From positions 1 through 64,000 of the IMG/VR virus record IMGVR_UViG_3300025508_002497: a stretch of 64,000 bases of DNA; one strand, written 5' to 3'. Source of the stretch: a virus. Shown here piece by piece: positions 42,918-51,462 of the stretch. A program made the position numbers and the translations under genes. Numbering within the stretch: the first letter of the stretch is position 1; each line of letters begins with the position of its first letter. The notes under the pieces were generated by a model, which saw only the letters and a program-made list of their open reading frames with translations, was not told the DNA's origin and did no database searches.

Positions 42918-42934
42918 ACACTATATGTATGAGT
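42912..42934 (-). promoter_or_regulatory. 9-bp hairpin covering the uvsW start codon, overlapping a late-promoter-like CATACATA
   Basis: actcataca (42912-42920) pairs with tgtatgagt (42926-42934); ATG at 42917-42915. Confidence 0.55.
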
Positions 42935-43368
42935 TATCCGCCGTTAGAAAATTTAGCCCAGTCGATTGCGGATCGAATATACCACTGTCGGTTGTTGATG
43001 ATCTTTACTACCCCTTCAAGATACTTGACCTTTTCTTCCTGTAGGGCAAGACGATGCGACTGAATGATCAGTTCACGATCTGATTCTATAAACTGATCGA
43101 TATCGGCACGCAGAACATTGAGAGGGAAAGGTTCCCACCCTCGCTCTTTCAGTTCGTCGTCACCCATTTTACCAGTGTAGTAAAGCCACTTATCCTTGCG
43201 GAGTGTCTTGTATTCTGCCTGCATCTTCTTATACAACAACGTCTCATCCGTGAATAGGATAAGATACTTGTTGTGGAGTTGGGGTGTTTTGATGGACTCG
43301 ATATCCAGTTCGGTTCGATCCATCTCTAGGTCTTTGTTGACCATCTCACGAATATCATTTAGGTTCAT
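42934..43368 (-). CDS. uvsY: Recombination mediator UvsY
   Basis: D....D..ES...P.LH.KY, W.YYTGK, R.W.I..AI.W.KF..G. Confidence 0.93.
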   Translation of the reverse strand: MNLNDIREMVNKDLEMDRTELDIESIKTPQLHNKYLILFTDETLLYKKMQAEYKTLRKDKWLYYTGKMGDDELKERGWEPFPLNVLRADIDQFIESDRELIIQSHRLALQEEKVKYLEGVVKIINNRQWYIRSAIDWAKFSNGG

Positions 43369-43856
43369 AGTTTAGTGATTTTCAATCCAGTAAATCTAAA
43401 TTCTGTACTTATGATTATAGGGTCTGGATCGGTGGTTGTCAAATCAAATCCGATTTCATCTAGCCTAACTGGGAAAATATCCTGATACTGAACTTCAATA
43501 TTGGGTCTACTCTTGTTGTCCATGACTATAAGAATGCCACTTGCTAGTGAATCTGCATCTCTGAGTGGAGGACTATCTTCTACGGGAACTTGACCTCTTA
43601 TCCAGTTGTATATTTCCATATAGTTAGCCATGTCTTCGTCAACGATGAACGAGAGATTCAATGAACCATATGTAATCCTTCCGCCTGTGTCATAGACAGG
43701 CTGAGCATATAGACTTTTAGTTTCTATATTATCAACATCTATCGATGGGATATTTGCTTGCTGAATATAGAAGTTTACATTTGGGATTCTCGGAATCTCA
43801 AACTTGAAGCCATTATTCTTCAGATAGTTTACTGAATCTGGTGCTTTACCTGACAT
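43365..43856 (-). CDS. 3: Tail tube terminator/completion protein gp3
   Basis: NYL...GFKF...P.V.F..Q.ANIP, L...FIVDEDM.NY.EIYNW, FP..L..I.F. Confidence 0.9.
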   Translation of the reverse strand: MSGKAPDSVNYLKNNGFKFEIPRIPNVNFYIQQANIPSIDVDNIETKSLYAQPVYDTGGRITYGSLNLSFIVDEDMANYMEIYNWIRGQVPVEDSPPLRDADSLASGILIVMDNKSRPNIEVQYQDIFPVRLDEIGFDLTTTDPDPIIISTEFRFTGLKITKL

Positions 43857-43873
43857 AATATTCTCCCAATAAA

Positions 43874-43882
43874 GTATGTATA
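43874..43882 (-). promoter_or_regulatory. Late promoter variant TATACATAC upstream of gp3
   Basis: One mismatch to T4 TATAAATA; lies directly after the gp23 terminator. Confidence 0.65.
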
Positions 43883-43883
43883 T

Positions 43884-43916
43884 AAAAAAACACAGCCCCC
43901 CGTGAGGGAGGCTGTG
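43884..43916 (-). terminator. Rho-independent terminator after gp23
   Basis: Minus strand CACAGCCTCCC-TCAC-GGGGGGCTGTG followed by T7. Confidence 0.9.
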
Positions 43917-43940
43917 CTTTATGCTACCTTTGAACTACAC

Positions 43941-45383
43941 TCAGAGTGCAGTGTTCTGACCGTGGAGATTAAGAATCTCGAAGATACGGTAGTACTGGTT
44001 GACACCAGTGGTCTCAATGTTGTTGGTACTTGCAGTTCCAACGAAGGGGTTGGTGACCATTCCGTAGCGGGTCTTGAACCCGATACGGGGCTGGAAGGTA
44101 TCCTCACCGACCGCACGGACCATCTGTAGTGGAACGTAGGGGCAGTAGAACATACCAGCATCGTAAGGCGAAGAACCTCTGTAACCGACACAGACGAAGT
44201 TACGAGTACCAGCGTAGGGATCGATGTAGACCTTCATCTTACCGTTAAGAACACCAGCGAAGGTGCTAGCAGTATCGTCAACGTTGAGGCTGACGTTTAG
44301 TGCTGGTGAGATGTTGAGGAATCCACCCATTGCGAGGGCTGAAGCAACGTCGGAAGAGACGATGCAGAAGTTACCCTTACCGCGTCGAGTTTCCTTAGCG
44401 ATTACGTTGGCTTCACGCTCTAACTGGAACATGAGACCACGGAAACGCTCTGCGGACCAACGACCATCAGCATCTCTGTTGATGTCGTAGATACCACCAG
44501 TGACACCCTGACGAACGTGGGGTGTGACTAGGACACCATCATTAGTGATACCAGCCTCTGTCTTGGTGCCAGAGAAGGTAAGGTCAGTCTGTAGAGCGCC
44601 GAGTTTAGCATTGTTGTAGATCTTACGAATGACTTCGCGGTTGATTTCAGCAAGGATTTCGGTGGAGAGGATGTTAGAGAGTTCAGTCTCTGCATCAAGT
44701 CCGTGAACAGCCTTGAGATCCTGTGCGAGTTCAGTGGTGTACTGAGCCTTGAGGGCACGGGTTCTTGCTTCAACAGCAACACGCTCGATGGTGAATCCCA
44801 TTTCGCGGAATGCTTGGTCGTTTCCTTCACCAAGACGCTCGGAGTTGGCGACAAGCATACCAGGCTTCTGGGCGGCACTATTAGCAGCATGTCCACTACC
44901 GAAGGGATCGGTGCTGATGGAGGCGGCTGAGGCGAAGTCACCACCAGTATGACCTGCACGGGTGTCGGCCTCTTGGAAGAGACCCTCTTCACCGAAGGTT
45001 GCATTACCACTGGAAATGTTAGCGTACTTGGTACGCATTGCGAAGATCAAGCCAGTGGGAGCAGACATGGGCTGCACACCACAAACGTCGTATGCCATTA
45101 GGTTGGGCATAGCACGACGAACGAGGCTGATGAGAACGGGATCAAAACCAGCGTAGTTGCTGGAGTTACCTGAAACAGCACCGCCACCGAGGTTACCACC
45201 AAGAGCGTTCATGGGGGTTTCGGTTAGGTTCTGCTCACGAAGAGCCTTCTCTTCGTTTTCGAGAAGGACAGCGGTGACCTTTCTCTTATAAGGATCTTGA
45301 ATTGGCTCAAGATCGCTATGTTCTAGAATGGGAGTCCACTTTTCTTCAAGTGAATCCATTGGTGTGATGTTATCGAAATCCAT
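43941..45383 (-). CDS. 23: Major capsid protein gp23
   Basis: DPVLISLVRRAMPNLMAYDVCGVQPM, ELAQDLKAVHGLDAE, YCPYVPLQM, FQPRIGFKTRYG. Confidence 0.98.
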   Translation of the reverse strand: MDFDNITPMDSLEEKWTPILEHSDLEPIQDPYKRKVTAVLLENEEKALREQNLTETPMNALGGNLGGGAVSGNSSNYAGFDPVLISLVRRAMPNLMAYDVCGVQPMSAPTGLIFAMRTKYANISSGNATFGEEGLFQEADTRAGHTGGDFASAASISTDPFGSGHAANSAAQKPGMLVANSERLGEGNDQAFREMGFTIERVAVEARTRALKAQYTTELAQDLKAVHGLDAETELSNILSTEILAEINREVIRKIYNNAKLGALQTDLTFSGTKTEAGITNDGVLVTPHVRQGVTGGIYDINRDADGRWSAERFRGLMFQLEREANVIAKETRRGKGNFCIVSSDVASALAMGGFLNISPALNVSLNVDDTASTFAGVLNGKMKVYIDPYAGTRNFVCVGYRGSSPYDAGMFYCPYVPLQMVRAVGEDTFQPRIGFKTRYGMVTNPFVGTASTNNIETTGVNQYYRIFEILNLHGQNTAL

Positions 45384-45413
45384 TTTGACTTCTCCTTTGT
45401 TAGTTTATTTGAT

Positions 45414-46376
45414 TCAGCGGGTTCTAGCGATTGCGTTTGCGTAACCTTCCATAATCGAGTTAGTCTCGGTTACGGTAGGTGTTCCTTCGTTGTTGTCGTC
45501 GGCAACAGTTTCTGTATCGACGGCATCATTGAAGTATGATTCCTTGACAATATTGAGTTTTTCAGCGTACTCATCGATGTCGGCATGTTCGATACCTTCT
45601 GCAAGGGTCTTGAATCTTTCGACTTCAGTGTCAACAAGACCTTCGCACATATCGTGGAACACGATCTCACGCTGGAACTCAAGAAGATTCTCGGATAGAT
45701 CCATAACTTTCTGGATCTCATCGTTGAGTCTGGTGACGAGTTCCTCGTTCTCTTCAGCGAGTTCGTCAACAAGGTCAACCTTGCTCTCGGGAACTTCGAT
45801 GTAGTGATCGTGGAATAACTGGTGGAGTCCATTCATGAATGACTCACTGACTTCGGTACGAATGCCCTGCTCAACAGAGAGTTCGTTCTCCTGTAGCCAA
45901 GTCTGGACTGCGTAATCGAGATACTCATCAATCTTGTTGGTGAGTTCTTCGGTAACTTCAGCAACTTCCTCGGCGAGAGCAACGTTATATGCCTCTTCGA
46001 GTTCAGCGACTTCGGCCGAGACCTTCTCAGCAATAGCAGCCTCGAAGATGGTGATTGCCTTTACCTTGAAATCTTCGGTAAGATCTTCACCATCAAAGAG
46101 AACGCTTAGATCCTCAGTGACGCCACCACCAGCCTGGTTTCCACCAGCGGGGAGGACTTCAGGAACCTTCTTCTCGGGTTTGGCCGCAGAGGGCTTAGCG
46201 TCGATGCTCTTCTTGTTCTTCTTTGCGTTGTTTGGACCCTCATCGGTGTGAACCTCATCACCCTTGCCGGTGGCGTCCTTGTTGTATGTTTCTGAGTCAA
46301 GAACTGGTTTCTCTTCGTCGATTGACTCGATCTTTTCGAGAATAGTTCTTGCTGTGTCTACGGGATTCTGGCTCAT
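45414..46376 (-). CDS. 22: Prohead core scaffold protein gp22
   Basis: LF.GE.L.EDFK.KA..IFEAA, YLDY...W..EN, F..HYIEVPE.K; highly acidic. Confidence 0.93.
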   Translation of the reverse strand: MSQNPVDTARTILEKIESIDEEKPVLDSETYNKDATGKGDEVHTDEGPNNAKKNKKSIDAKPSAAKPEKKVPEVLPAGGNQAGGGVTEDLSVLFDGEDLTEDFKVKAITIFEAAIAEKVSAEVAELEEAYNVALAEEVAEVTEELTNKIDEYLDYAVQTWLQENELSVEQGIRTEVSESFMNGLHQLFHDHYIEVPESKVDLVDELAEENEELVTRLNDEIQKVMDLSENLLEFQREIVFHDMCEGLVDTEVERFKTLAEGIEHADIDEYAEKLNIVKESYFNDAVDTETVADDNNEGTPTVTETNSIMEGYANAIARTR

Positions 46377-46411
46377 GAAAGGGACTCCTTTTTATTCGTT
46401 GCTAGCGTCAT

Positions 46412-46419
46412 TATTTATA
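46412..46419 (-). promoter_or_regulatory. T4 late promoter TATAAATA upstream of gp22/gp23
   Basis: Exact consensus; overlaps the gp21 stop. Confidence 0.85.
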
Positions 46420-47077
46420 CTTTTCCAAGTTTTGACATGAAGGAAGCGTATACTTCCATCAGTTTAGTTTCTCTGTTTCTTTGTGTGGTATACGCATCTT
46501 CAATATCCTCTTGGAAAGACTGAATATCTCTCTCCTTGAGAAGACCGTTATCCCAGATCCACTCCTTACCTTCCATGATACCGTTGACAAAGGCATCAGG
46601 AGCAGAAGGATCTGCCACAATATCTACTGCGGAAAGCATGAAATCCTTTTGGACTTCGTTGATTCCGTTTCTCTCCTTGAGTGATCCCATACCTCTAGAG
46701 GATACACCAAGTTTGGCACCCTCATCCATAAGGTTCTTTACGATCTTACCCATAGGAGTTTCCATGATTTTTGCTTTACCTACAAGGTTATCGCCGTCTT
46801 CTTTGAGTTCTTTGATAATGTGTGATACACGATCAAGGTTTACGGTTGGACCTTGTGGGTGGTTGAGTTCACCGAACGCTCTGTTCTCATCAACATAAGT
46901 CTTGATATAACGCTTTGCTTCTCCGAAAAGAATGTTTCTTTCGTAGATGCGGTTGTTTCGATTAGGCTTGTTGGCTTGCATGAAGACACCTTCGATGAAG
47001 TAGTTCTTCTTGCCATCTTCTGTTGCTTCCGTGATAATACGGACATCATCAGTTGTAGTTTCGGTGATAAGTAGCAT
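46415..47077 (-). CDS. 21: Prohead protease gp21
   Basis: IEGVFMQ, NRN.RIY, GELNHP, LGVSSRGMGSL, DIVADPSAPDAFV.GIME. Confidence 0.97.
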   Translation of the reverse strand: MLLITETTTDDVRIITEATEDGKKNYFIEGVFMQANKPNRNNRIYERNILFGEAKRYIKTYVDENRAFGELNHPQGPTVNLDRVSHIIKELKEDGDNLVGKAKIMETPMGKIVKNLMDEGAKLGVSSRGMGSLKERNGINEVQKDFMLSAVDIVADPSAPDAFVNGIMEGKEWIWDNGLLKERDIQSFQEDIEDAYTTQRNRETKLMEVYASFMSKLGKV

Positions 47078-47080
47078 GTG

Positions 47081-47245
47081 CTATTCCTCTTCTTGTGGTT
47101 TTTCGATTTCTTCTACCTCATCATGACTTGGGTATTGACTCTTAATACCATTTGCCATCTTGGCATATAGAATATCTTTGATATTTTTCTCTGCTTCGAC
47201 GTAATTTTTATCTAGTAAATTATTTATAATTTCAGCCGGTTTCAT
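47081..47245 (-). CDS. Small prohead core protein (gp67/68 position)
   Basis: Start likely MKPAEIIN; acidic tail; lies between portal and protease. Confidence 0.6.
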   Translation of the reverse strand: MKPAEIINNLLDKNYVEAEKNIKDILYAKMANGIKSQYPSHDEVEEIEKPQEEE

Positions 47246-47486
47246 TTGGATCCTCGCTTTCGCTGTCATCAACTTCAATATATTCTCGCTCTTCGTCCTC
47301 AATCTCTTCGATTTCGGGTTCTTCGACCTCTGGTTCTTGCTTGGTGACTAGATTTGCCACAACGTCTGGGGTGATTGCCCCTGTGGCATCTTGAACCTTC
47401 ATCTTGAAAGTATCACCAAATGTTTGCTGAAACTTTTCCATGTTGTCGTCAAGCATACTCTTTAATAGTTCTTCTGCTGGTTTCAT
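47232..47486 (-). CDS. Small acidic prohead core protein (gp67-like position)
   Basis: MKPAEELL...; Glu-rich tail; ATGA overlap with gp20. Confidence 0.65.
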   Translation of the reverse strand: MKPAEELLKSMLDDNMEKFQQTFGDTFKMKVQDATGAITPDVVANLVTKQEPEVEEPEIEEIEDEEREYIEVDDSESEDPNETG

Positions 47487-49000
47487 AGTTCATCCTCTGT
47501 AGGGGGAGGTGGTTCCGCCGCCATTTCTTTAGCGATTTCTTCCATCTCCTTTTCACTTTGCTTTAAAATATTCTTTCGTACCCAGTTATCTGAGTAGAAT
47601 CTTCCGAGATATGGCTCTACGCTTTGAAGCATCTCAAGACGCTCTCGCATAATCTCTGCTTCTTTGAGTTCTGTAAAATAAGAGTCCTTCTGATAATCAA
47701 AGTAGATATCTTGAACAATCCTATTCCAGTCATCTTCTTTCATAATACCCTTGAGAAGACATTGAGTTCTCATCAACTGAATAAACAGATCCGAAAAACG
47801 TTGACGAAGACGATCGATAAACTTGAAGAAGTTCAGTTCGTCTCGGCTGATTTCAGAAGATCGTCCCATGTTGAAGCCGTTTTCTGCATCCATTCGGGAG
47901 GTAGGGACATGAAGGGCGCGATATACTTTCTTGAGGAAGTAATCAACATCTTCCATCTCACCGAGGTTCTGTCCACCATCAAGAGTGCTGATTTCAGTTC
48001 CTCTACCACCTTCTCGCCTTGGTAGCCAATAATCTTCAAGCATGTTCATATGCTTACGATCATCTTTGATCTCACCAGTGCTGGCATCATAGACCAACTT
48101 GTTCTGGTATCGATTCATGATGTCCTTGAGATACTGTTCTGCCTTCTGCTTGGGTAGGTTACCTACGTCAATATAGAAGATACGACGCTCTGGCGCACGG
48201 GAGATACGATAAACTACAGTGGCATCTTCTGTCTGTCGAAGCATGTTCAATGGACGGATTGCCTTCTGAAGATATCCAACAACTCGCTTGGTTCCTGAAT
48301 CAATAATACCAGAGTGAACATAACAGATAGAATCAGGAGCGATCTTCAATCCTGACTGTGATGTCTGGAAGGAGGACTGCTTGTCTAGGTTTGTATAAAG
48401 ATAAAACTCTTGAACGTTTTTAACAACGGCAACTTGAGTTCCATTCACACTCTCTTGTGCTTTCTGAACGTTACGAACTTTCTTAATTTTTGCTGGATCA
48501 ATAGCACGAAGTTCAATGATACCTTTATTCTTATTTGATTCATCTAGAATAATATGGTAATAGATCTTGCTATCGATGTACCATCTTCTAAAAATTTCAT
48601 ATGCTTTTTGATTAAACTTGAGTAGTCTAAGTATTCCCTCAAACTCATCCTTCATTTTATTTTTGATAGAAACTGGCATATCAACTTTATCTAAATCAAT
48701 AGAGACTATTGTTCTGTCTTGACCGTGAACAATAGCCTCTGTTGTAATATCATCGATCGCAAGATCGACTTCGGGATATAGTGCCATACTTCTGTAACGG
48801 GCGATCAGATCATTTTCTGATTTGAAACCACCCTGAAAGTCAACGTACTGACCAAAAACTCCACCACCATCTACGGTGAATGTTCCATCATATTCGTCTG
48901 GACCAACAAATGACGCTGCTTTTGAGTCAGCGCCATTTGTTGATTTTCCTGTTAGTTTTCCATTACGACCAATGGTAAAACCAAATAAATCAATTGCCAT
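47483..49000 (-). CDS. 20: Portal protein gp20
   Basis: FRRWYID, YRISRAPERRIFYIDVGNLPK.KAEQY, EDYWLPRREGGRGTEI.TL.GG.NLG. Confidence 0.98.
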   Translation of the reverse strand: MAIDLFGFTIGRNGKLTGKSTNGADSKAASFVGPDEYDGTFTVDGGGVFGQYVDFQGGFKSENDLIARYRSMALYPEVDLAIDDITTEAIVHGQDRTIVSIDLDKVDMPVSIKNKMKDEFEGILRLLKFNQKAYEIFRRWYIDSKIYYHIILDESNKNKGIIELRAIDPAKIKKVRNVQKAQESVNGTQVAVVKNVQEFYLYTNLDKQSSFQTSQSGLKIAPDSICYVHSGIIDSGTKRVVGYLQKAIRPLNMLRQTEDATVVYRISRAPERRIFYIDVGNLPKQKAEQYLKDIMNRYQNKLVYDASTGEIKDDRKHMNMLEDYWLPRREGGRGTEISTLDGGQNLGEMEDVDYFLKKVYRALHVPTSRMDAENGFNMGRSSEISRDELNFFKFIDRLRQRFSDLFIQLMRTQCLLKGIMKEDDWNRIVQDIYFDYQKDSYFTELKEAEIMRERLEMLQSVEPYLGRFYSDNWVRKNILKQSEKEMEEIAKEMAAEPPPPTEDEL

Positions 49001-49035
49001 CTAGATTCTCCGTTCAATAATAAATAAATCAAATA

Positions 49036-49551
49036 TCAATCAAAGGTCCAGTGATCGAACCCGATTGTAACACTAAACTCAGCAACTGCATCGGTAGTGT
49101 CATAAGAAAGATCAATGGTTCCAACTTCGATTGGCCAACAATCAATGAGTTTGATTGTTTTACCAGCGGGAATATCACTACCTAGAGAAGTGTTGTTAGC
49201 AAGAGCGACACTCAAAGGAGCAACAGTCCACTGAGCATAAGCCAAACCTCTTGTGGTATCCTCTAGACCCATGAATGTTTGTGACCATTCGATGAACTTC
49301 TCATGAATAGCATTTTCTTCATCACAAAGAACACTGATAGTCCAATCAGGGAAAGTTCTATCTCCTGCTCTCTTTACTTCTCTTCCCTTGAAAGGTACAG
49401 TGACAGTACCAAGTGAAGCAGAAGGCATAGCAGCGGTTTTGATTAAAAGACTTTCGTCTTGTGTTAATGTAAAGCCGTCACTTGATGTGACTGTATAAAG
49501 ATTTGGTCTGATACCTTGACCAAATTTTCCTTTAAAATCTCCTAGTGCCAT
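49036..49551 (-). CDS. 19: Tail tube protein gp19
   Basis: RPNL, PF.GR..K.AGDRTF.DW, WP..VG.IDLSYD, EF.V. Confidence 0.93.
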   Translation of the reverse strand: MALGDFKGKFGQGIRPNLYTVTSSDGFTLTQDESLLIKTAAMPSASLGTVTVPFKGREVKRAGDRTFPDWTISVLCDEENAIHEKFIEWSQTFMGLEDTTRGLAYAQWTVAPLSVALANNTSLGSDIPAGKTIKLIDCWPIEVGTIDLSYDTTDAVAEFSVTIGFDHWTFD

Positions 49552-49578
49552 TTAAACGCTCCTTTGTTCTAGTATGTA

Positions 49579-51408
49579 TCAGCCTTCTGAGAAGAATGAT
49601 CCTGAGTTGTTTGCGACGAAGTTGAGTTTGACGAACTGAACTGACTTGGTGGGCTGTAGGAAGATGTCGCAAACGAACTCACCTCTATCTACGACCGAGC
49701 CTGGGTTGTTTGATTCGTCACAAACAATCCTATAGTTTTCAAGACCTCTCTTGTTTTGAACCTCTCTTAGAACTGGATCGATTTGGTTCACGAAACTACG
49801 TCTAGTGAACGCATCATTTTGTTCAAAGAGAATGAAGTTTGCTGATGTAGCAAAGGACTTCTCTAGGATGTTAAAGAGTCTTCTTACTTGGATTCTATCA
49901 AAGGCACTTGGCTTAGTCTGAAGTGTCTTGTCTCCCCAGAGAACTGTACCAGAGCCAGGGAAGGCTACGACGTTGTTGATTCCAGCAGAGTAGATAAGAT
50001 CTCTCTGTGCCTTGGATGGGTTGAATGCTAGTTTATTGACATTCAAGATGCTACCTCTAGCATAACCACCTGGCGAGAACCAAGCACCGAAGTCGGTTTC
50101 TGTTCTGGCAAGAAGTCCAGCGATGTCACCATTTAGCGGAAGCCATCTGGTGATACCGTTGTAACTATCGCTCTGCTGCTTCCAGTTACCATCCATTGCA
50201 GCGTATGAAGTGTCTCTATTGAGATCATTGTTCCTAGAATCAATGACTGTCTGGAAGGTAACATCTGATAGAGTTGCTTTGTTGGCGAGTGATGCTGTAT
50301 CGGCGAAACCAGAACCAACTGGCTGCGAGATGACTGCCATGCAATCCTTACGAGTAGCAGCGATATCAATGACCTTCCGGTTAAGTGCGTCGTCTGCGTC
50401 TCCTGCGATGAGGATACTCACATCAGCAACATCAGGATCGGCGAAGTAAGTGTCCCATGCGGTTTGCTTATTGGAAGAAGTGACCGCAGTACCATATGCA
50501 CCACCCTGAAGTGTGTAGGTGTATGGATTAACAATACCCTTGCGTGCGTTTGTGGTCGCTTCGTGTGCGTCAAGAGGAACTCTATCGAAGTTGGTCTTGG
50601 TGCTTACGAGGGCTCCGCTTGCGTCCAAGTCAGCAGATCCGACTGTAACATCAACACCTAAAGTAATTCCAATGGCTCCTATGGCGCCGGCGCTATAATC
50701 AGCAGAGGCTCCAGTGAGTCCAGAGAATCCAAAGATACTCTCAAACTCACCGACTCCATCGTCGATCTTGATGTAATCTGAGTTGGCGATTTGATACTTG
50801 TAGTAAAGTGCAGTTCCGTTGTCGTCAACTGCGTTGATGATTGAACTCATTCCCTCGTAAAGTTCTAAGACAGAACCACTAGGACCATAAACACCCTTGC
50901 GATCAATAACGGCGAGTGAAAGTTCATCACCACTAGCACCGAAACGAGCAGCATATGAGGAAGTTGCTGGTCTGAATGTAAATGCGTCAGTGGTTGTTCC
51001 TGCGTCATATGTCATACCAGCAGTTACGACTTGAATTTCAAGAGCGCCGTTAACCTGTGCGCCTTCATCCTTTGATCTGAATGTAAAGAATGTTGGTCCA
51101 CCGGGGTATTCCGCAGTCAAACCAGCAGAACCAGAAGTTGCTCCTGATCCTGCGACGTTTACGACTGTTAGGTTGTTTCCGTACTGTAGGAAGTTATAGC
51201 AGGTCCACCAATCGGAGCCATAACGCTCAACGCTTGGAGTACCAAATGTTTCCTGTAGTTCCTTGACACTACTGATTAAAATACGTTCGTTGACTGGTCC
51301 CTTGTCGAAACGACCGACAAAGGCAGCGGGTGTAGTAGCGACAAGTGATACGATACCCGAGAAGTCTCGTTCGGTAACGTCTACACTGGGACTTAAAGTA
51401 AATGCCAT
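49579..51408 (-). CDS. 18: Tail sheath protein gp18
   Basis: SPSV.V.E.D, F.KGP, WFSPGG..RG, WGDKT, SAFDRI.VRRLF, FEQND.FTR, CDE.NN. Confidence 0.97.
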   Translation of the reverse strand: MAFTLSPSVDVTERDFSGIVSLVATTPAAFVGRFDKGPVNERILISSVKELQETFGTPSVERYGSDWWTCYNFLQYGNNLTVVNVAGSGATSGSAGLTAEYPGGPTFFTFRSKDEGAQVNGALEIQVVTAGMTYDAGTTTDAFTFRPATSSYAARFGASGDELSLAVIDRKGVYGPSGSVLELYEGMSSIINAVDDNGTALYYKYQIANSDYIKIDDGVGEFESIFGFSGLTGASADYSAGAIGAIGITLGVDVTVGSADLDASGALVSTKTNFDRVPLDAHEATTNARKGIVNPYTYTLQGGAYGTAVTSSNKQTAWDTYFADPDVADVSILIAGDADDALNRKVIDIAATRKDCMAVISQPVGSGFADTASLANKATLSDVTFQTVIDSRNNDLNRDTSYAAMDGNWKQQSDSYNGITRWLPLNGDIAGLLARTETDFGAWFSPGGYARGSILNVNKLAFNPSKAQRDLIYSAGINNVVAFPGSGTVLWGDKTLQTKPSAFDRIQVRRLFNILEKSFATSANFILFEQNDAFTRRSFVNQIDPVLREVQNKRGLENYRIVCDESNNPGSVVDRGEFVCDIFLQPTKSVQFVKLNFVANNSGSFFSEG

Positions 51409-51443
51409 TTTCTGTTCTCCTTAGATACGCTGCGTAATCACTT

Positions 51444-51451
51444 TATTTATA
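51444..51451 (-). promoter_or_regulatory. T4 late promoter TATAAATA upstream of gp18
   Basis: Exact consensus; intergenic. Confidence 0.88.
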
Positions 51452-51462
51452 CTTTTACATAT

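Noticed and set aside
43902-46300. Alternative-frame ORFs overlapping gp23 and gp22
   Set aside because: By-products of strong codon bias in highly expressed genes; no recognisable motifs.
47221-47228. TATAAATA inside the small prohead gene
   Set aside because: Lies within coding sequence ~145 nt upstream of gp21; it may be real but cannot be distinguished from chance.
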